A stretch of DNA of 20,000 nucleotides from Mesotaenium endlicherianum (lineage: Eukaryota). The stretch's first letter is position 1. The number at the start of each line of letters is the position of its first letter. Of this stretch, positions 19,771-20,000 are shown piece by piece. The notes under the pieces are model-generated. The model saw nothing but the letters and a program-made list of their open reading frames with translations. It did not search any database and was not told the origin of the DNA. Both the position numbers and the translations under genes were made by a program. Location: assembly GCA_009602735.1 (NCBI GenBank), contig WELA01001462.1, positions 143,943 to 163,942 of the forward strand. Direction: 5' to 3'.

Positions 19771-20000
19771 AGGAACTTTAGTCAGCATGCTGTAGATAAA
19801 GTCTTGTGTGCACTCACTTCACTAAAGGTGAAAAAGTCCTTCCTTGAACAACTTAGGAATGCCTACCTTTCTGACCCAACATTTGAGCCCAGCCCCACTA
19901 CTGGTATGTGTCGTGCTACCGCACTCGGGTATAAGCTCAAGGGAGGGGTCTGGGTGACTGAAACCACTTCAGGCAGGCTGAAGCTGGTCATTCCTAATAA
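19771..20000 (+). pseudogene. Out-of-frame continuation of pol (RNaseH-integrase linker)
   Basis: Shifted frame reads ...VLCALTSLKVKKSFLEQLRNAYLSDPTF...YKLKGGVWV...RLKLVIPN, resembling the segment preceding the integrase zinc finger. Confidence 0.72.

Larger units (their letters stand above)
15332..20000 (+). mobile_element. Ty3/Gypsy LTR retrotransposon (probably chromovirus-related), 5' part; continues beyond the window
   Basis: Order 5' LTR - PBS - gag - PR - RT - RNaseH - linker toward integrase; domain order and RT motifs are Ty3/Gypsy. Confidence 0.96.

Overview
Eukaryotic, intron-containing plant-lineage DNA; GC-rich exons and GTGTGT/GTGAG donors suggest a streptophyte alga, though this is inference. 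Bases 1-13 kb hold two paralogous six-exon glycosyltransferase family 61 genes (GT61/DUF563, MUCI21/xylan side-chain transferase-like, type II membrane), arranged tail-to-tail. Gene A is on + at 444-5520 (~992 aa); gene B is on - at ~12636-7277 (~818 aa) and its ancestral 5' coding region is frameshifted. Each gene spans one 382-N scaffold gap. Bases 14.4-20 kb hold Ty3/Gypsy LTR retrotransposon DNA: the 3' end of an older minus-strand element (pol tail, PPT, 3' LTR 14376-15094), interrupted by a same-family plus-strand element (5' LTR 15332-16051, tRNA-Met PBS, gag, pol PR-RT-RNaseH, lesions before integrase). The most striking signal is at the gag/pol junction: a U_UUA_AAA slippery site, a 7-nt spacer and a predicted four-stem pseudoknot that looks like a -1 ribosomal frameshift element. 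All alignments and folds were done by eye.
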